DNA of 64,000 nt from Camelus dromedarius (taxonomy: Eukaryota): positions 6,138,001-6,202,000 of the forward strand of contig NC_087441.1 in NCBI RefSeq assembly GCF_036321535.1. The letters run 5' to 3'. Made by a program: the position numbers and the translations under genes. Shown one piece after another: positions 12,187-24,200 of this stretch; the first letter of the stretch is position 1, and every line of letters starts with the position of its first letter. The notes below the pieces were generated by a model, which saw only the letters and a list, made by a program, of their open reading frames with translations, did not search any database and was not told where the DNA came from.

Positions 12187-13024
12187 CTCTATTTACGTGG
12201 TTTGTTGATGTGCATATTATTTCTTCTGCAAACTCCATGCAGCAGAGCCCCAGCCTGCTTCACTTCTGCTGTCTCTGTAGAATCTGGCCTCATACACAGT
12301 GATCATGCACAGAAAAGTTGCTCAGTAAAGAATGAATGAATGTTGGCTTGGAGTTCACCTCCTGCCAGTCGTGATGTGTTACTATTAGTGAGATGAGAAC
12401 ACCTGATGAAGTTCTGATTGTGTCTCATTATCAGCGAGACTCACTCCTGTGCAGTAAGTACCTCATGGGAAGACAAGTCGTCTCACGGCCACTGGGAGCT
12501 GACTCGGGAAAGACACTTGGATTAACATGGCAGCTACAAAGAACCAGAAAATACCAATGTGCACCTGTATTATGAAATCACAGACTTCTGAGCTTAATTC
12601 ACCCTATTCTGAGCTCCAGGAAGAGGCTCTGTGAGCTTTTTTTTGGTAGTAGCTGCCTCATTTATAAGTAAGCACATGAATAAACAATATTTATGGCTTC
12701 TTTCAACTTATTCTTAAAGCTACAAAATCTACAAATGCTTACTAATATAGTGATTATATTTTCAAAAGTATCCCTTCTTCAAACTACATACATGCTCAGA
12801 TATGCTCAGCTCAAATCTGTAAGTTCTTGAATTTTTATTCAATTTTTCCAAAGTTGTCTTTATATTTACTTCAAGTTTTCATGTAGACTTTTTGATTATG
12901 AAAAGTTACAAATGTACAATTAGATATAGAAAATAACACACTGAGCGCTCATGAACCCGCCGTCCAGCTTTGTCAGTGTTTGACTTTTCACATTGTGTCA
13001 GATAACTCTGTCAGGCTAATTACT

Positions 13025-13170
13025 ATTTTTTGTGCCTCTGTTTCATCATCCATAAAATGGGGATAATAGTAGTACCTATCTCATAGGGTTGTTGTGGGAT
13101 TAAATGAATTATTATATGTGAAGCACTAAGAAAAGTTCTTTGTCCATATAAATGTGACAAATGCTAGCTT
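13025..13170 (+). mobile_element. MIR SINE
   Basis: TGTGCCTCTGTTTCATCATCCATAAAATGGGGATAATAGTAGTACCTATCTCATAGGGTTGTTGTGGGATTAAATGA core. Confidence 0.88.
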
Positions 13171-13433
13171 TTATTTTTAACAGTTATTATAATAAACTTT
13201 AAAGATAGATTTGAAGCATCCCCTCCCCTTTTCTATGATCCTGTTTCAATCTCTCTTTCCCTTAAATTTGGTATTGATCATTTGCATGCATTGTTCTGTA
13301 GTTACTAAGAGTTAGTGTAGTTGTATGAATCCATATTGTTTAGCAGATTTTCTGAACTTCATATAAATGGCATCGTACTATGAGTGAACTGTTGCAACTT
13401 CTTTTCTTAACTTACGTTTTTGATGTTTGTCTA

Positions 13434-13548
13434 TTAGACACATTTCACCCTACTTAATTTGCATTAACTCACTTCCTAAAAGTCTTTGCTTAGACACATT
13501 TCACCCTACTTAATTTGCATTAACTCACTTCCTAAAAGTCTTTGCTTA
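13434..13548. repeat. Perfect 56-bp tandem duplication
   Basis: TTAGACACATTTCACCCTACTTAATTTGCATTAACTCACTTCCTAAAAGTCTTTGC at 13434-13489 and 13490-13545, plus a further TTA. Confidence 0.97.
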
Positions 13549-13840
13549 AATGTCATTTTCTCAACAAGAAATATTCTGAGCATCTTGCTTTAAATTACCC
13601 AACCCCGCTCTTCTCCCCCTTCCACTGTTCTGTTTTTTCTTTCTGATAGAGTGCTCATTACTTTGTAAAATACTTCAGGATTTACTTATTAGTTTATCTT
13701 TATTGTTTATCTTCCCCTTAGAACACAAACTCTAAGGAGGGATTTTTGTCTATTTTCGTTTTTCTACTAATGTGGCTCCAACGTTGTAACAGTGCCTGGC
13801 AGGCAGTGGGCAGTGGTGTTGAATGATCGATGCTGAATGA
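13549..13840 (+). mobile_element. L2 3' fragment (probably starting inside the duplication)
   Basis: AATGTCATTTTCTCAACAAG...TTATCTTCCCCTTAGAACACAAACTCTAAGGAGGGATTTTTGTC...CAGTGCCTGGCAGGCAGT...GAATGA. Confidence 0.7.
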
Positions 13841-15136
13841 TTTTTTCTCTCCTCCTACTGATGGTCACTCAGATGTTTTCTTTTGTTGCTGTTGTTATTA
13901 CAAAATGGTTGCAGCAAATATTCTTGTAACTACCTGCTTGCGTAACTATGGAAGTTTCTCTCTGGTAGACACCTACCAGTGAAGTTGCTGGGTGAAAGAT
14001 GAGTATCTTCAAATTCTTTTTAGCTGCTTTAGGGTGTCTTAGACCCATCAGGAGTTGGCTATTGAAAAGCAATGCATGAATAATTCTTTACAGACATCAG
14101 CGACAGAGTAACTGTTAAGATAAGCTTGGTTTTATTTATTAAAGTGATAATGCTTTGAAATTTGATTATATAAAGTCCTATTGCTGACTTTGAATGCAGT
14201 TGTTCAGTCAAGATGTTTTAGTGGATTTTACATGGGTACTATCAACACATGGCTCTCAGGCTAATTCAGAAATGGCTTCTTCAGCAAAGTACACGGAGAC
14301 CCTAATCAACCTGGCTTCCCTGGAGTGGAAAGGAGCCCGCCAAACCCACTCACAGATCCAGCCTGCAGATGCACCCTGCCCTGTTTGGCTTGTGATTAAA
14401 TGTAATTGTCCAGGGTTTTGCTGCATTATCTATGATCACATTGAATCATCACTTATTTTTCATGCTATTTTGTTAGTCAGTTTCCTTTTCAAAGTTGTAC
14501 TTAAGGGAAAAATAGAAGGTAACTATAATTGCCAAGCTGACATTAGGGATTCTAAGCTGTAGCCAAGACAGAAATTAATCCTCAAAGCATTTCACACCAA
14601 ACAGCAGCAACCTGCAAATTGCAGATTATTTGTGTCATGCGGCCAGTGCCAGTAGCACATCAGAGAGCTGAAATCCATTTCAATTTTTATCCCAAGCCCG
14701 GGTGCTCACGGCTTCCCATTGAACCCAGAGGATATCACAATTGCCCCTGTGATGATTTGCAAGGAAATTAAAAGAAAAAATAGTGATTGAAGACTCATGT
14801 GGTTTTTAATGCTTTTCAAGGGAATATATTTTCCAAATGAGTTTCCCCTACTTCACAGCATGGTGAATGAGAAAATTCAGCGAGAGCTTTCCAAAAAAGC
14901 TGTAGTTCAGTTAATTCCCCAAAGGATTTTTGTGTCTTGTGTTTTAATAGTTGTCAGTGCCTTTGTGGAAATGATCCACAACTTCATAATGTATTTTCTG
15001 GAGGAGATTCATAGTTAGATTGTAAAATAATCTTTATGATATAGGAACAGAATGAAAGTAAACGTTGATTACAGTGACTAATTGAAATTTTTAAGATCCC
15101 AGTTTCAAAATTATCCTTGAAAGAAACTAGGATTCA

Positions 15137-15255
15137 GGGGGCAGGAATAGCTCAGGGGTAGAGCATGTGCTCAGCATGCACAAGGTTCTAGGTTCAATCC
15201 CCAGTACCTCCGTTAAAATAAATACATAAACCTAATTACCTCCCCTCCAAAATTT
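15137..15255 (+). mobile_element. Camelid tRNA-derived SINE (Vic-1-like)
   Basis: GGGGGCAGGAATAGCTCAGGGGTAGAGCATGTGCTCAGCATGCACAAGGTTCTAGGTTCAATCCCCAGTACCTCC-TAAAATAAATACATAAACCTAATTACCTCCCC. Confidence 0.92.
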
Positions 15256-15479
15256 TTTTAGTATTTTTAAAAAATAAGATGCAATTCTGTCTTCATATAA
15301 ATGTACAGCAGCTTTTTTATATGAATTTCCTTATTAATTTTAATACCAAGCAGGCAACTTATTTTCATTTACAGTGAGTTCAGATTTTTAGAAAGCAGGT
15401 GTAAGCGATGAGTGAGGAGTTTTGCAGCTGGGAAGAAACCATCAAAGAGTACAAACCTGGGAGCATATCATTAGGACAA

Positions 15480-15700
15480 GCCCAGAGCAAGATGAAATTC
15501 TCATTTCAAGATCAAAGACAGCAAAGCAGCCTTTTATAGTCGGGTCAAGGGCAAGAACAGTGAGGGAAATGACGGTGAGAGGAGAAGGCTGCACGATGCT
15601 AACAGGTGGAGAAACTGACCCCATTCCTGTTTTTGCTATTTTCTCGGGCAAAGAGAATGTTTCCCATGTTGGAAAGGACAAAAGAAACAATTGAGGGAGG
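15480..15700 (+). mobile_element. Possible CR1/L3 ORF2 relic
   Basis: Translation GSRARTVREMTVRGEG...GETDPIPVFAIFSGKEN loosely resembles the CR1 ORF2 segment (xSKRKxKENVGPL...EKAELLNSxFASVFSxKEN). Confidence 0.35.
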
Positions 15701-18120
15701 AGCTTGTCTTAAGAAAACTGAGAACAGAACAAGGACAAGAGTAAAAACAACAGAAGAAGAGCGAACATTTTCAGCGTCATTAGATCTCCAAATACTCCTA
15801 TATGTAATCTCAGGGTCACTGCTGGGAATCCTTGAAACAGCATAGAGAACAGAGTTCAGAATTCTGGAGCTGGATGGAGATCAATTTTTTTTTTAACTTT
15901 TCAACATTAAAGGAAAGATTTAATCTCAAAAATTAAAAATTGAAGAGCAGTGAGTTTGACATCAGTTTCAGCCATCAACTACCCCCAAAAAGTGTGCACA
16001 TGCTCGGAATCACTAAGAGTCGTCTCCGATTCCCAAAGCTGAAGGCGGAAGAGGTCATGTGTGAGGGGCAGGCTGCGCTCATTGTGAAACTTCTTGACTT
16101 TAAAGTGAGAGCTGGACCCTAGGGTGCAGAGGTGGAGCCGGCAACTGGAGACACACGGAAAGCAGACGCAGGGCTTCCTTTGAAGCAGTCAGGCGACCGT
16201 AGAAGAGAGAATTAAAAACAGAACAATGGGCTGGAGACAGAGCCCGTGTTTGGATGACAGGAAGATGACGGGACAACAAAGAAAATGGAGAAGCAAAGAA
16301 ATGGGCAGAAGAGTAAAGTGAGTCACAACTGAAGAGGGGATTGTTCCAAAAATGGTGGGCTGACCCAACGTCAGATACGACAGAGAAATGGGAGCGAAAC
16401 AGGACTGGCCTGGGCCACTGGAAGTAAAAACTGAACTAAGCAAACGGGTCCTGCCCTGGAGCCCCCTCTGTCTGCCGCCTCCATCCTTCTCCCCATAGGA
16501 GGCCACAGGACCTGAGCCCTGCCTGGGTTTCTGGACTTCAGAATTCCCAGCACAGACAGCCCTGAGACTCTTAACTGGCTCTGTCTTCCCGAAGGCAACG
16601 GCCAAGGGGTAACTCGTGGTGGAGGGCCGGGCCGTGGAGCTTGAACCTGTGGGCTGCACCAGAGGTATGCGAGGGGCTCTTCAAGGATGTAGGAACCTGG
16701 GAGTCGGAGGAGGGAAGGGCCAGGTGCAGCCACATTCAGGAGCAGACCTCCAGGGTCTGAAAGTTCTCAATCATCACCTTCCAGATCCTCAAACAGGTGC
16801 ATTTGTCAAAGAAAAAGGGCGAAAATTTTTTTTAACAGTTTTTTAGTTTGGCTTATAACTTTTAAATATTCAGACAAATAATAGGTCGTTGCACTTTCCC
16901 TGGGACAACAAGGTAGGAGACTGTTCTGGGGGCGGCCCTAGATACTGGGCCCCCAGTCCGAGTGGCCCTTACAGAACGCTCCTGCAGTGGGGTGGGAGGA
17001 GCCCCGCCAGTGAGATGTCAGAGGTGAGACGAGGAAGTGAGCATAGCAAGTGTGGAAACCCTCATCTAGAATCCTGAGAACAAGCCTCTCAAAGCCTGTG
17101 TGGGACAAAGCACCTTAAGGTTCGGTCTGTCTCGACCTTGGGTTCCCCAGCGTCCGGTCACGTGGCTGACAGCGCAGGCAGGAGTGAGTGTGGCAGCAGC
17201 ACATGAACAGGAGACTTTCCGTGCAGCACATTTGAACAGGGATTTTGCCAACTACAAGGTCACAGCTGAGAACAGAGGGGAGGGAAGTGAACACCTGGAC
17301 GCTTCCTAGACATGTTCACATGTTACGGATTATTCCGGGCCAGTGAGAAGGTTAATAAAGGTTTAAAAGGATTGGATATGATTTCTATCACAAATCTAGA
17401 TCTAGTATCTAGAACTAACAACAAGAATGTGTCATTATTAGAGTGGAATTCTTTCTCTGATCCTGTGATCCTCTGATACCTGTCACTGGAAATCCTGAGA
17501 TAGAGTCTCTAATGCAGCTGTCAGTGTGTTAGAGGAAGGAATTCTGTTCTAAGAGAGGTTGGTCTAGAGTGAGTAATAGCTAATAACTCTTTAAAAACTA
17601 AGATACGTTTGTTCTTTAATACTGGACTATCTGTTACGTAGATCTGTCTGTAATCATTGAAGATGTTAAATGCCAGCAAGTCCATACAATCTAGGAATTA
17701 AATCTGGTGGTCACTGATGCAGGTGAGATCATCAGATTGCACGTGGTGTTTGCACGGCTGCCTTAAGAAAAATATTTTGGTGTTTCCATGATGGTCTGAG
17801 TTACTGCCTGTCAGAGTGGCCCCTGTCTGAACTCACTCAACAGACGTGGCCTCCGCCTTCCATGGATAACAGGGCTCAATTCTTGCTGAAAATTAGCTCA
17901 TTTTGACAAGGCCAGTAGGAAATGGAACTTCTCAAGGACTCTCTCTTGTTTGATTAGTGGCATACTAATATTTTTCATTTCAAAATTCAACCTTGTGCCC
18001 TAGGTCCAGTTGACTTCCAGTTCATAGGTCCTTAATTCTATACAGATTGTCGAGTCATCTATTTCCCAGGGCTCTTATTAGTGAAAACCAGAAGGCAATG
18101 CCTTTTCCCTCTTAATTAAT

Positions 18121-18280
18121 TTGTCCATTCAGCACGTGTTTATTGAATACTACCCTCGTGCTGAACCCCGTGCTAGTCCCCAGGCCCTTGCCAAGGCAGT
18201 GAGCGAGTCCCTGTCCTCCCAGAGCCTGTGTTCAGGGTGGGAAAGCAGATCCTAACAGATGATCACACACATGGTTCAAG
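18121..18280 (-). mobile_element. L2 3' fragment
   Basis: TCCATTCAGCACGTGTTTATTGAATACTACCCTCGTGCTGAACCCCGTGCTAG...TCCCTGTCCTCCCAGAGCCTG. Confidence 0.65.
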
Positions 18281-20729
18281 GGGCTTGTGACGGGCACAAC
18301 ACACGTGGGCCCTCAAACTGCTTTTTAAAGCAACGTAATTAGTTGTCACTGACGCGTGCTTTATACACGTGCCAACCCATTCAGGTCGACTGTGTGACCG
18401 TTTTCAGTAGACGCTGCAGACTGGCTCCACCAGCAAAGACAGCCCGCGTTCATATCCCTTCCTGTTCATTTTTTCACAGTCACTTCGTAATGGATACTTT
18501 TAACCTCTAAAATTTGGTCTTGCTTTTTGGCTTTTTGTTCTGTGTAGATTTTTGATGTCTCCAGGGTAACACGTTTTTCTCCCCCAAACACAAGAGGTGT
18601 GCTCAAGTTAGTCAGACTCATCTTATCACTTGGAGGATGAAAATAATGTGCATGAAATCCTGAATTTGTGGCATCTTTATATATAAAGCTAATACCTGTT
18701 TTTGTTAAGCCCCCCTCACAGGGCAGACTGGGGTTTGCAGTACATGGTCTAGGGCTTAGAGGTAGAATTTCAAGTTGAACCTGTCCGTTACTCAGCCCTG
18801 TGATTGGCTTCACTTACGACCCGGGTGACCAAAGGCAAGTCACCCTGAATATGACAAAGGAGCTGCAGGTAGAAAACAGAGCCCTTCCCCGCTCGCCCAC
18901 AATAAAAAAAAGCAGGTCCACTCTGATTAAATAGAACCAAGGGTCGTCAGTTCCAGCCTCTCGACATCTTTGTGGGCTATCTGTCTTTAAACCACAGCTT
19001 GCTTGTCGTAATTGTCCATCTGTTAATCGTACACTCAAGTGATGCCCTTGCTGTGTGTCACGGCTGACTCGGAAGGCTAAGCAGAAGGCGCAGTAAGCAC
19101 TTGCTAACCGTCCCTTTCGTCGGAAATTTGAGTGCGTTTCCCTTTTGCGTGCTTGGATCAGTGGGTGTGTTTGGGGACCCGCGGCTTAGGTTGTGTGCGT
19201 TACTGCCTTGATTCGTTCACATGGTAAGTGTAGATGTGTGATGGCTGCAATTCGAAATGACTGGTGAGACTTGGCAGAAAAAAATTCCAGCTAGTTTCAA
19301 AGGTAAAAATACATCATAAAGCTTTATGATATCAAATAAAGACATCGAGTTGCTTCCTAATCATTTCAGATTATTGTCGTGAGTAAAGGAATTAATGGAT
19401 TAATAAAAAACGCAGCACACTTAAAGCCCTAAGTGTATACTAACCATGCTTCCCTAAGCATATATGATCTGATCATGTGTACATATACATGTATGTATAT
19501 ACACACATACGTGTGTGTTATACACGCACATACACACTTGATCATCTGTTGTCCTTCAGCATATTGTTATAATAAATCTCAGTTACTTAATTGAATTTTG
19601 GGCTCCTTTAGCAAAATTGGCCTCTAAATATTGAGGGTTTGGGAAACAAGGGATTTCTGGGACAGCCGCAGAACAGGCTATCCGTGTACAGCCTGGCCAG
19701 TGCTCCTACGTTCCAGACACACTCAAGGTAGCAACTGCCATCCATAAGAGCCGACCACGTACAGGGAGCCGCACTAGGCAACTTATACACAAGCACATCA
19801 GTGCACACACAGTTCACACCCACCCTCTAAGCTGTACGTTCTTACTCCCCTTTTTACAGGTAGAAAATGAAGGCGTTAGCGCTAACACAGCATCTTTGAC
19901 CTAAGATAACACAGCCAGTTAGTGGTAGAGAGGAACAGTCCTTTCATTTCCTTCCCCTCTTCTTGCTGCGCCACAGTTTCCCCTTCCTCCCAGGCCAGGT
20001 ACCTGGGGTGGGGGAGGGGACCAGGCTGGGACTGAGAACATCTCCATCCTCGCATGGAGGGTAAAGGGACTGGGGAGTCCCCCCACTGAGGGAAAGGGGG
20101 CAGGAAAATGCACATGTCTTGGCTGGATGCTGGTCACCCTCTTCCAGGCACGTGCGGAAGGACTGCGTCCCGACGCGCATGTCTGTGCCTCACACATTCG
20201 TGATTTTATGCACAGTCTTCGTTCACAGAGATGTTACCATTTAGCGCTTTTCCAGTTCCGCTGGGTTTGGGAAGGCTTCGCAGGCACTGTTATACTTCGT
20301 TTCCTTTCTGTTTCACACAAAAAGCAGTGCTGGATGCAGCACTGAAGCTTAGTTCATTTCTTCAGCAGGTTTTTTTTTTTTTTTTTTCAGAGAAAGACGT
20401 TGATAGCAAATTAAAATGCCTAGTAGGACGTGTTATACTACTCAGAGCTTCTTACCGCAAAACCATCGTTTAATGTGTTTTCCAAGTAACTGAGAGTTTC
20501 ACATTTGCCCTCCCAAGACTTGAAGCCATGGTTTTACTTTCTAATCCGGACAAGACTAGAAAGAAGTGGCCATGTCCCCATCATCAGCTTTGAAACCCAC
20601 CATCTGAAGGAGTCTCAGGGCTCTCACTCGGTAAATGACCTGCTAATGTCACCAGATTGTTGAATTTCCTCTTATAGCAGAAATGACTTGGCGCCGAACC
20701 TTTATTTCTTGTTTTGTCTTTTTTTAACC

Positions 20730-21847
20730 AGTCTGGTAATGTCTTTTAACCAGTGTATTTAGATAATTCCAACGTCTATATCATACCTGAGTCTGAGTCT
20801 GATGCTTGCCTTAGCCTTCACTCTGTGGTTTTCTTGCCATTTGACGTGACTAGTAATTATCTGTTGATGCTGGACACGTTATACATGTAATAGGAACCGG
20901 GCCAGACAGACCTTTAATGTGAGGCTGTATGTCAGTCCAGCAAGGGGCTGGGCTGTGTTACTATCAGGAGGTTCAAAATTCCTCTAGTTTTCTCGGTTTT
21001 TGTCACCCCTCCTGACGCTGGGCTTCCCTAGGCGCCCCTCCTCAGAGAGAGTCTGTGTCTTGAAGCACTTTGCGTGTCCAGTTCCTGCTGTTTTAAAGGA
21101 GACCTGTTGGTGCGGCGCTAAGGTGGATGGCTGGGGCGAGGGGAGCACCCACAATCTTCTGATGAAGTCTCAGTCTTCCAGTGGGTCTGGGTCTTGGGCC
21201 TGTGGCCTTCACAGGTGTTTCTCCAGCGGGACAGGGATTTTTTTGTCTCCCTGCCTCTTTCTGCCTCCTCCACATGCAGCGTTCTCAGTCTGTTTCCTCG
21301 AAGCCCCGATCCCATTAACTGCTTTTCCCCCTTCACTGCGACGGCAGGCTGGAGTTAGAGGAAACCCTTCTCCCGCAGCGCCTGGGCAGGAGCTGGCCAA
21401 GTCCTTCCCCTGGGGAGCAGACCTTTGTTGCAGAGACGGCTCTGGACATTTGTCATGTTTACTCTCCCCCTCTCCCCACCAGAGCCACAAGGGGTCCTGA
21501 GAGGACCTGGTGGGGATCTTAAAGGTGAAGATCAGGAAAATCAGTCAGACCTCAGGCCCGCGTAGAGTTGCTCATTCTCACACTAGTCCACACCCACTTT
21601 ACAGTAATTCATCAAAGTGACCATCCCGATGTTCCTACCAGTTTATAGTTCCAGGTAAGCAGCTCTGGTTGGCTCGCTGGACTTGCCTGTCTCTCCAGGT
21701 TATCAGGGAGATGCTTTGCCCTATGACGTCAGCTCTCTGATGGGACAAGAAAAACTGTTGATTTTCAGTTGCCTAGATATTTCTTGTTATAAGGATGAGA
21801 ATAAGAACTTCCAAGCCGTCTACATGTTAGAGCTGAAAAAAGAAGTC
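20730..21847 (-). mobile_element. Ancient L1 5' UTR/ORF1-start region, including the 5' terminus (L1M4/L1MB-type)
   Basis: GAGTCTGAGTCTGATGCTTGCC...CCCCACCAGAGCCACAAGGGG...TTTGCCCTATGACGTCAGCTCTCTGATGGG...TTGATTTTCAGTTG...ACTTCCAAGCCGTCTACATGTTAGAGCTGAAAAAAGAAGTC, i.e. the reverse complement of a GACTTC... 5' end. Confidence 0.7.
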
Positions 21848-22479
21848 CAGACCTTCATTTCTTAAGACAATAGATCATGTAGCAACTGTTTCAATTAGCT
21901 ACTTCCCTTTTAAATAAATAAAATGTTTAAAAGAAATGGCAGCAACAGTCATTAGACACTGATACGCCATTAATATCATTAGCAATTAATCCAGTTTCTA
22001 ATTTTGTTTGTGATGTCATCCTGCATTCACATACATTCAAAGCTACTCCTTGGAATAGTTGTGATTATTATAAAGGAAAAGGCATTTAGAGTAACTGATC
22101 TATCTGAGAGCAGATAACTAGTTCTTTGCTGCAGAACCAGAGCCTCAACCCAGGCCCTAATGACAATGACTTATTTTAAAAGGCATGAAGCCCCCAGTTT
22201 TGATATTCCCCTTCTGCAATCCATACCTCCAACTGCTGTATTTTCAAGTGGTGACAATGGCTGTAGGCTATTCTTTCGAGCAAATTGGATGAAAGGAGAA
22301 GGAAAGAGATTGGGTGGTAACCATATGCTCAAGGCTAGATTTTTGCTGAATTTTTAAAGGGGAAGATTTGAATACATATGTAGTTTGAAGTGAACAAGCT
22401 GCAGAGCAGTAGAGTTTGAGAAGAATGAGTGAGTGGTGAGTTAGACCTACAAGGAGCTGAGAGGAGACAGGTTAGGATG

Positions 22480-24200
22480 GATGAAAAATGACTCTTATTT
22501 TGAGAAAGGGGAACCATTTCCCCTTTATCTTGGAGGAGCAGAGAGGGAGAATACAAAGGGGTTTTAACTGGGGAGGGATATGAAGTTCAAGCATGGCACA
22601 CTTGATAGTGGCCACAGGGCAGGTTCTCTGGGAGGGAGTCAGAGATAGATGACAGGATTCAAGATATATATTGAGATGTGCAGCTTGGAAAGGAAGGGAA
22701 GTGGACAGGATTGGGCCAAGTAACAAGCCGAACTGCCATGAAGGCCCAGCAGAGCTTCAGCCAGCCAGCAGAGACTAGGCAGCAAGCATTGCCCATCAGT
22801 AGCTCATATTGGGACAAAATATTTGGGGAATTTCACCTCCCCCTCACCCAGTCAACAGATTCGAGGATCCTGGGAAAGATGCGACCTTAGGCAAGGTGTC
22901 TCTCTGCAGCTGAGGAAGACCAGGGTGCACGGCGGGGCTCTCTCACTGTTCTCCTGCAGCCTGGCCACAGTCTTTCTTGCAGGGGGTCTGGGCCCTTGTT
23001 CTCCATGTTCACAACAATAGCTTTATAGTTTTGGCCTTGTGTCAGGTGAGGTTGTATTTTGAGAATGAAGTACTAAAGGTCAATTGAGGAGAATGGTGAT
23101 TATTTGAAAGAGTCCCCAAGGGAGATGGGAGAGGGTATTGGCCAAAGACAAGGGATAGGAACAAGTATCACTGAGACTTGACAGGGAATGGACCCCAAAT
23201 CTACAGTAGCACCATCCCAACAAGGATGCAGCTTCAGGTAGATGGCGTGACTTTCTGTTAGAAGATCTTCTAGCCCCATTTTTCTACACAACCTGTGACT
23301 GGCAGAACTGGAACAGGAGAAGGAAAAACAGGTGGTGGGGATTACCCAGAGTTAGATGTTGGATACTGGCAAAGAAGGTGCAGTGTAAGTACAAAGGAGT
23401 CACGGATTCTAAGCATCATTCACATCTTCCCATGGGCAGACCAGGCTGGAGAGACGGGTGAGAGGTCAGAAGAAGTCCACTTACCAATAAGCAAAGCACA
23501 TTCAGGGTTGGAGGCCAGAGTTGGGGCCTCTGGGATGAGAAGAGAGGAGGGGTGGGGTAGCAGCCTCTCCCAGGAGCCACAGTCACCAAGCTAGGTGGGT
23601 GGGGACTGTGAGGTGGATGACTCATTCAGGGAGCAGCTGCCATTGAATAATTCATGCAGCCGGGCACTGTTCTGGACACCATTGATAGAGCAGTTAACAA
23701 AACAGCAGTGGTCCTGCACACCTTTGCATTTCAGCAGTGGGAGACAGAAAATAAAGTAAATGAGAAGATGATGCATCCTATGGAGAAAATACAGCAGTGA
23801 CGGGTGCAGGGGGACAAAGATAGGGTGGTCCGTGCAGGGTGGTCCTGAAAGGCGACATGTGAGCAAGGACTTGAAGGAAGCAGGGAGTGCTCCATGCAGA
23901 TAACAGGGTCAAGAGCTTTCCAGACAGAGGGAGTAGCAAGTACAAAACCCTGGAGATAGCAGCCTGCCCCGGGGGGGCCAGGAACTAACAACAAGCGAGT
24001 GGAGTCCAAGTGTGATGCACAATGGAGACAGAGCTCAGGGGCTGCACAGGAGGCCAGGCAGCAGAGGACCTTATGTAGGTCGCTGATGACCTTGGCATTG
24101 ACTCTTGGTGAGACAGAAAAATCCATGGGTGGACGGCATGGTACCCAACATACATATCTTAACAGGAGCCTCTTAACTGTTATCTTGAGAAAAGACTGAC
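22480..24200 (-). mobile_element. Fragmented L2 pieces (clearest at 23641-24200)
   Basis: CATTGAATAATTCATGCAGCCGGGCACTGTTCTGG...ACATGTGAGCAAGGACTTGAAGGAAG...TTCCAGACAGAGGGAGTAGCAAGTACAAAACCCTGGAG. Purine-rich reversed-L2 body upstream. Confidence 0.6.

Noticed and set aside
15137-15215. tRNA genes at the SINE heads (also 1599, 12110-12186 and 57640)
   Set aside because: Each is followed by the shared SINE linker and tail and is diverged, with no clean cloverleaf.
19162-19223. Possible 62-bp cryptic exon (same length as exon 8) ending at a strong ATG|GTAAGT donor
   Set aside because: The acceptor is mediocre and there is no similarity to parkin; the equal length looks coincidental.
19485-19540. 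Alternating purine-pyrimidine tracts (also 26345-26410) as functional Z-DNA or hairpin elements
   Set aside because: They are degenerate, AT-rich simple repeats that are common in introns.
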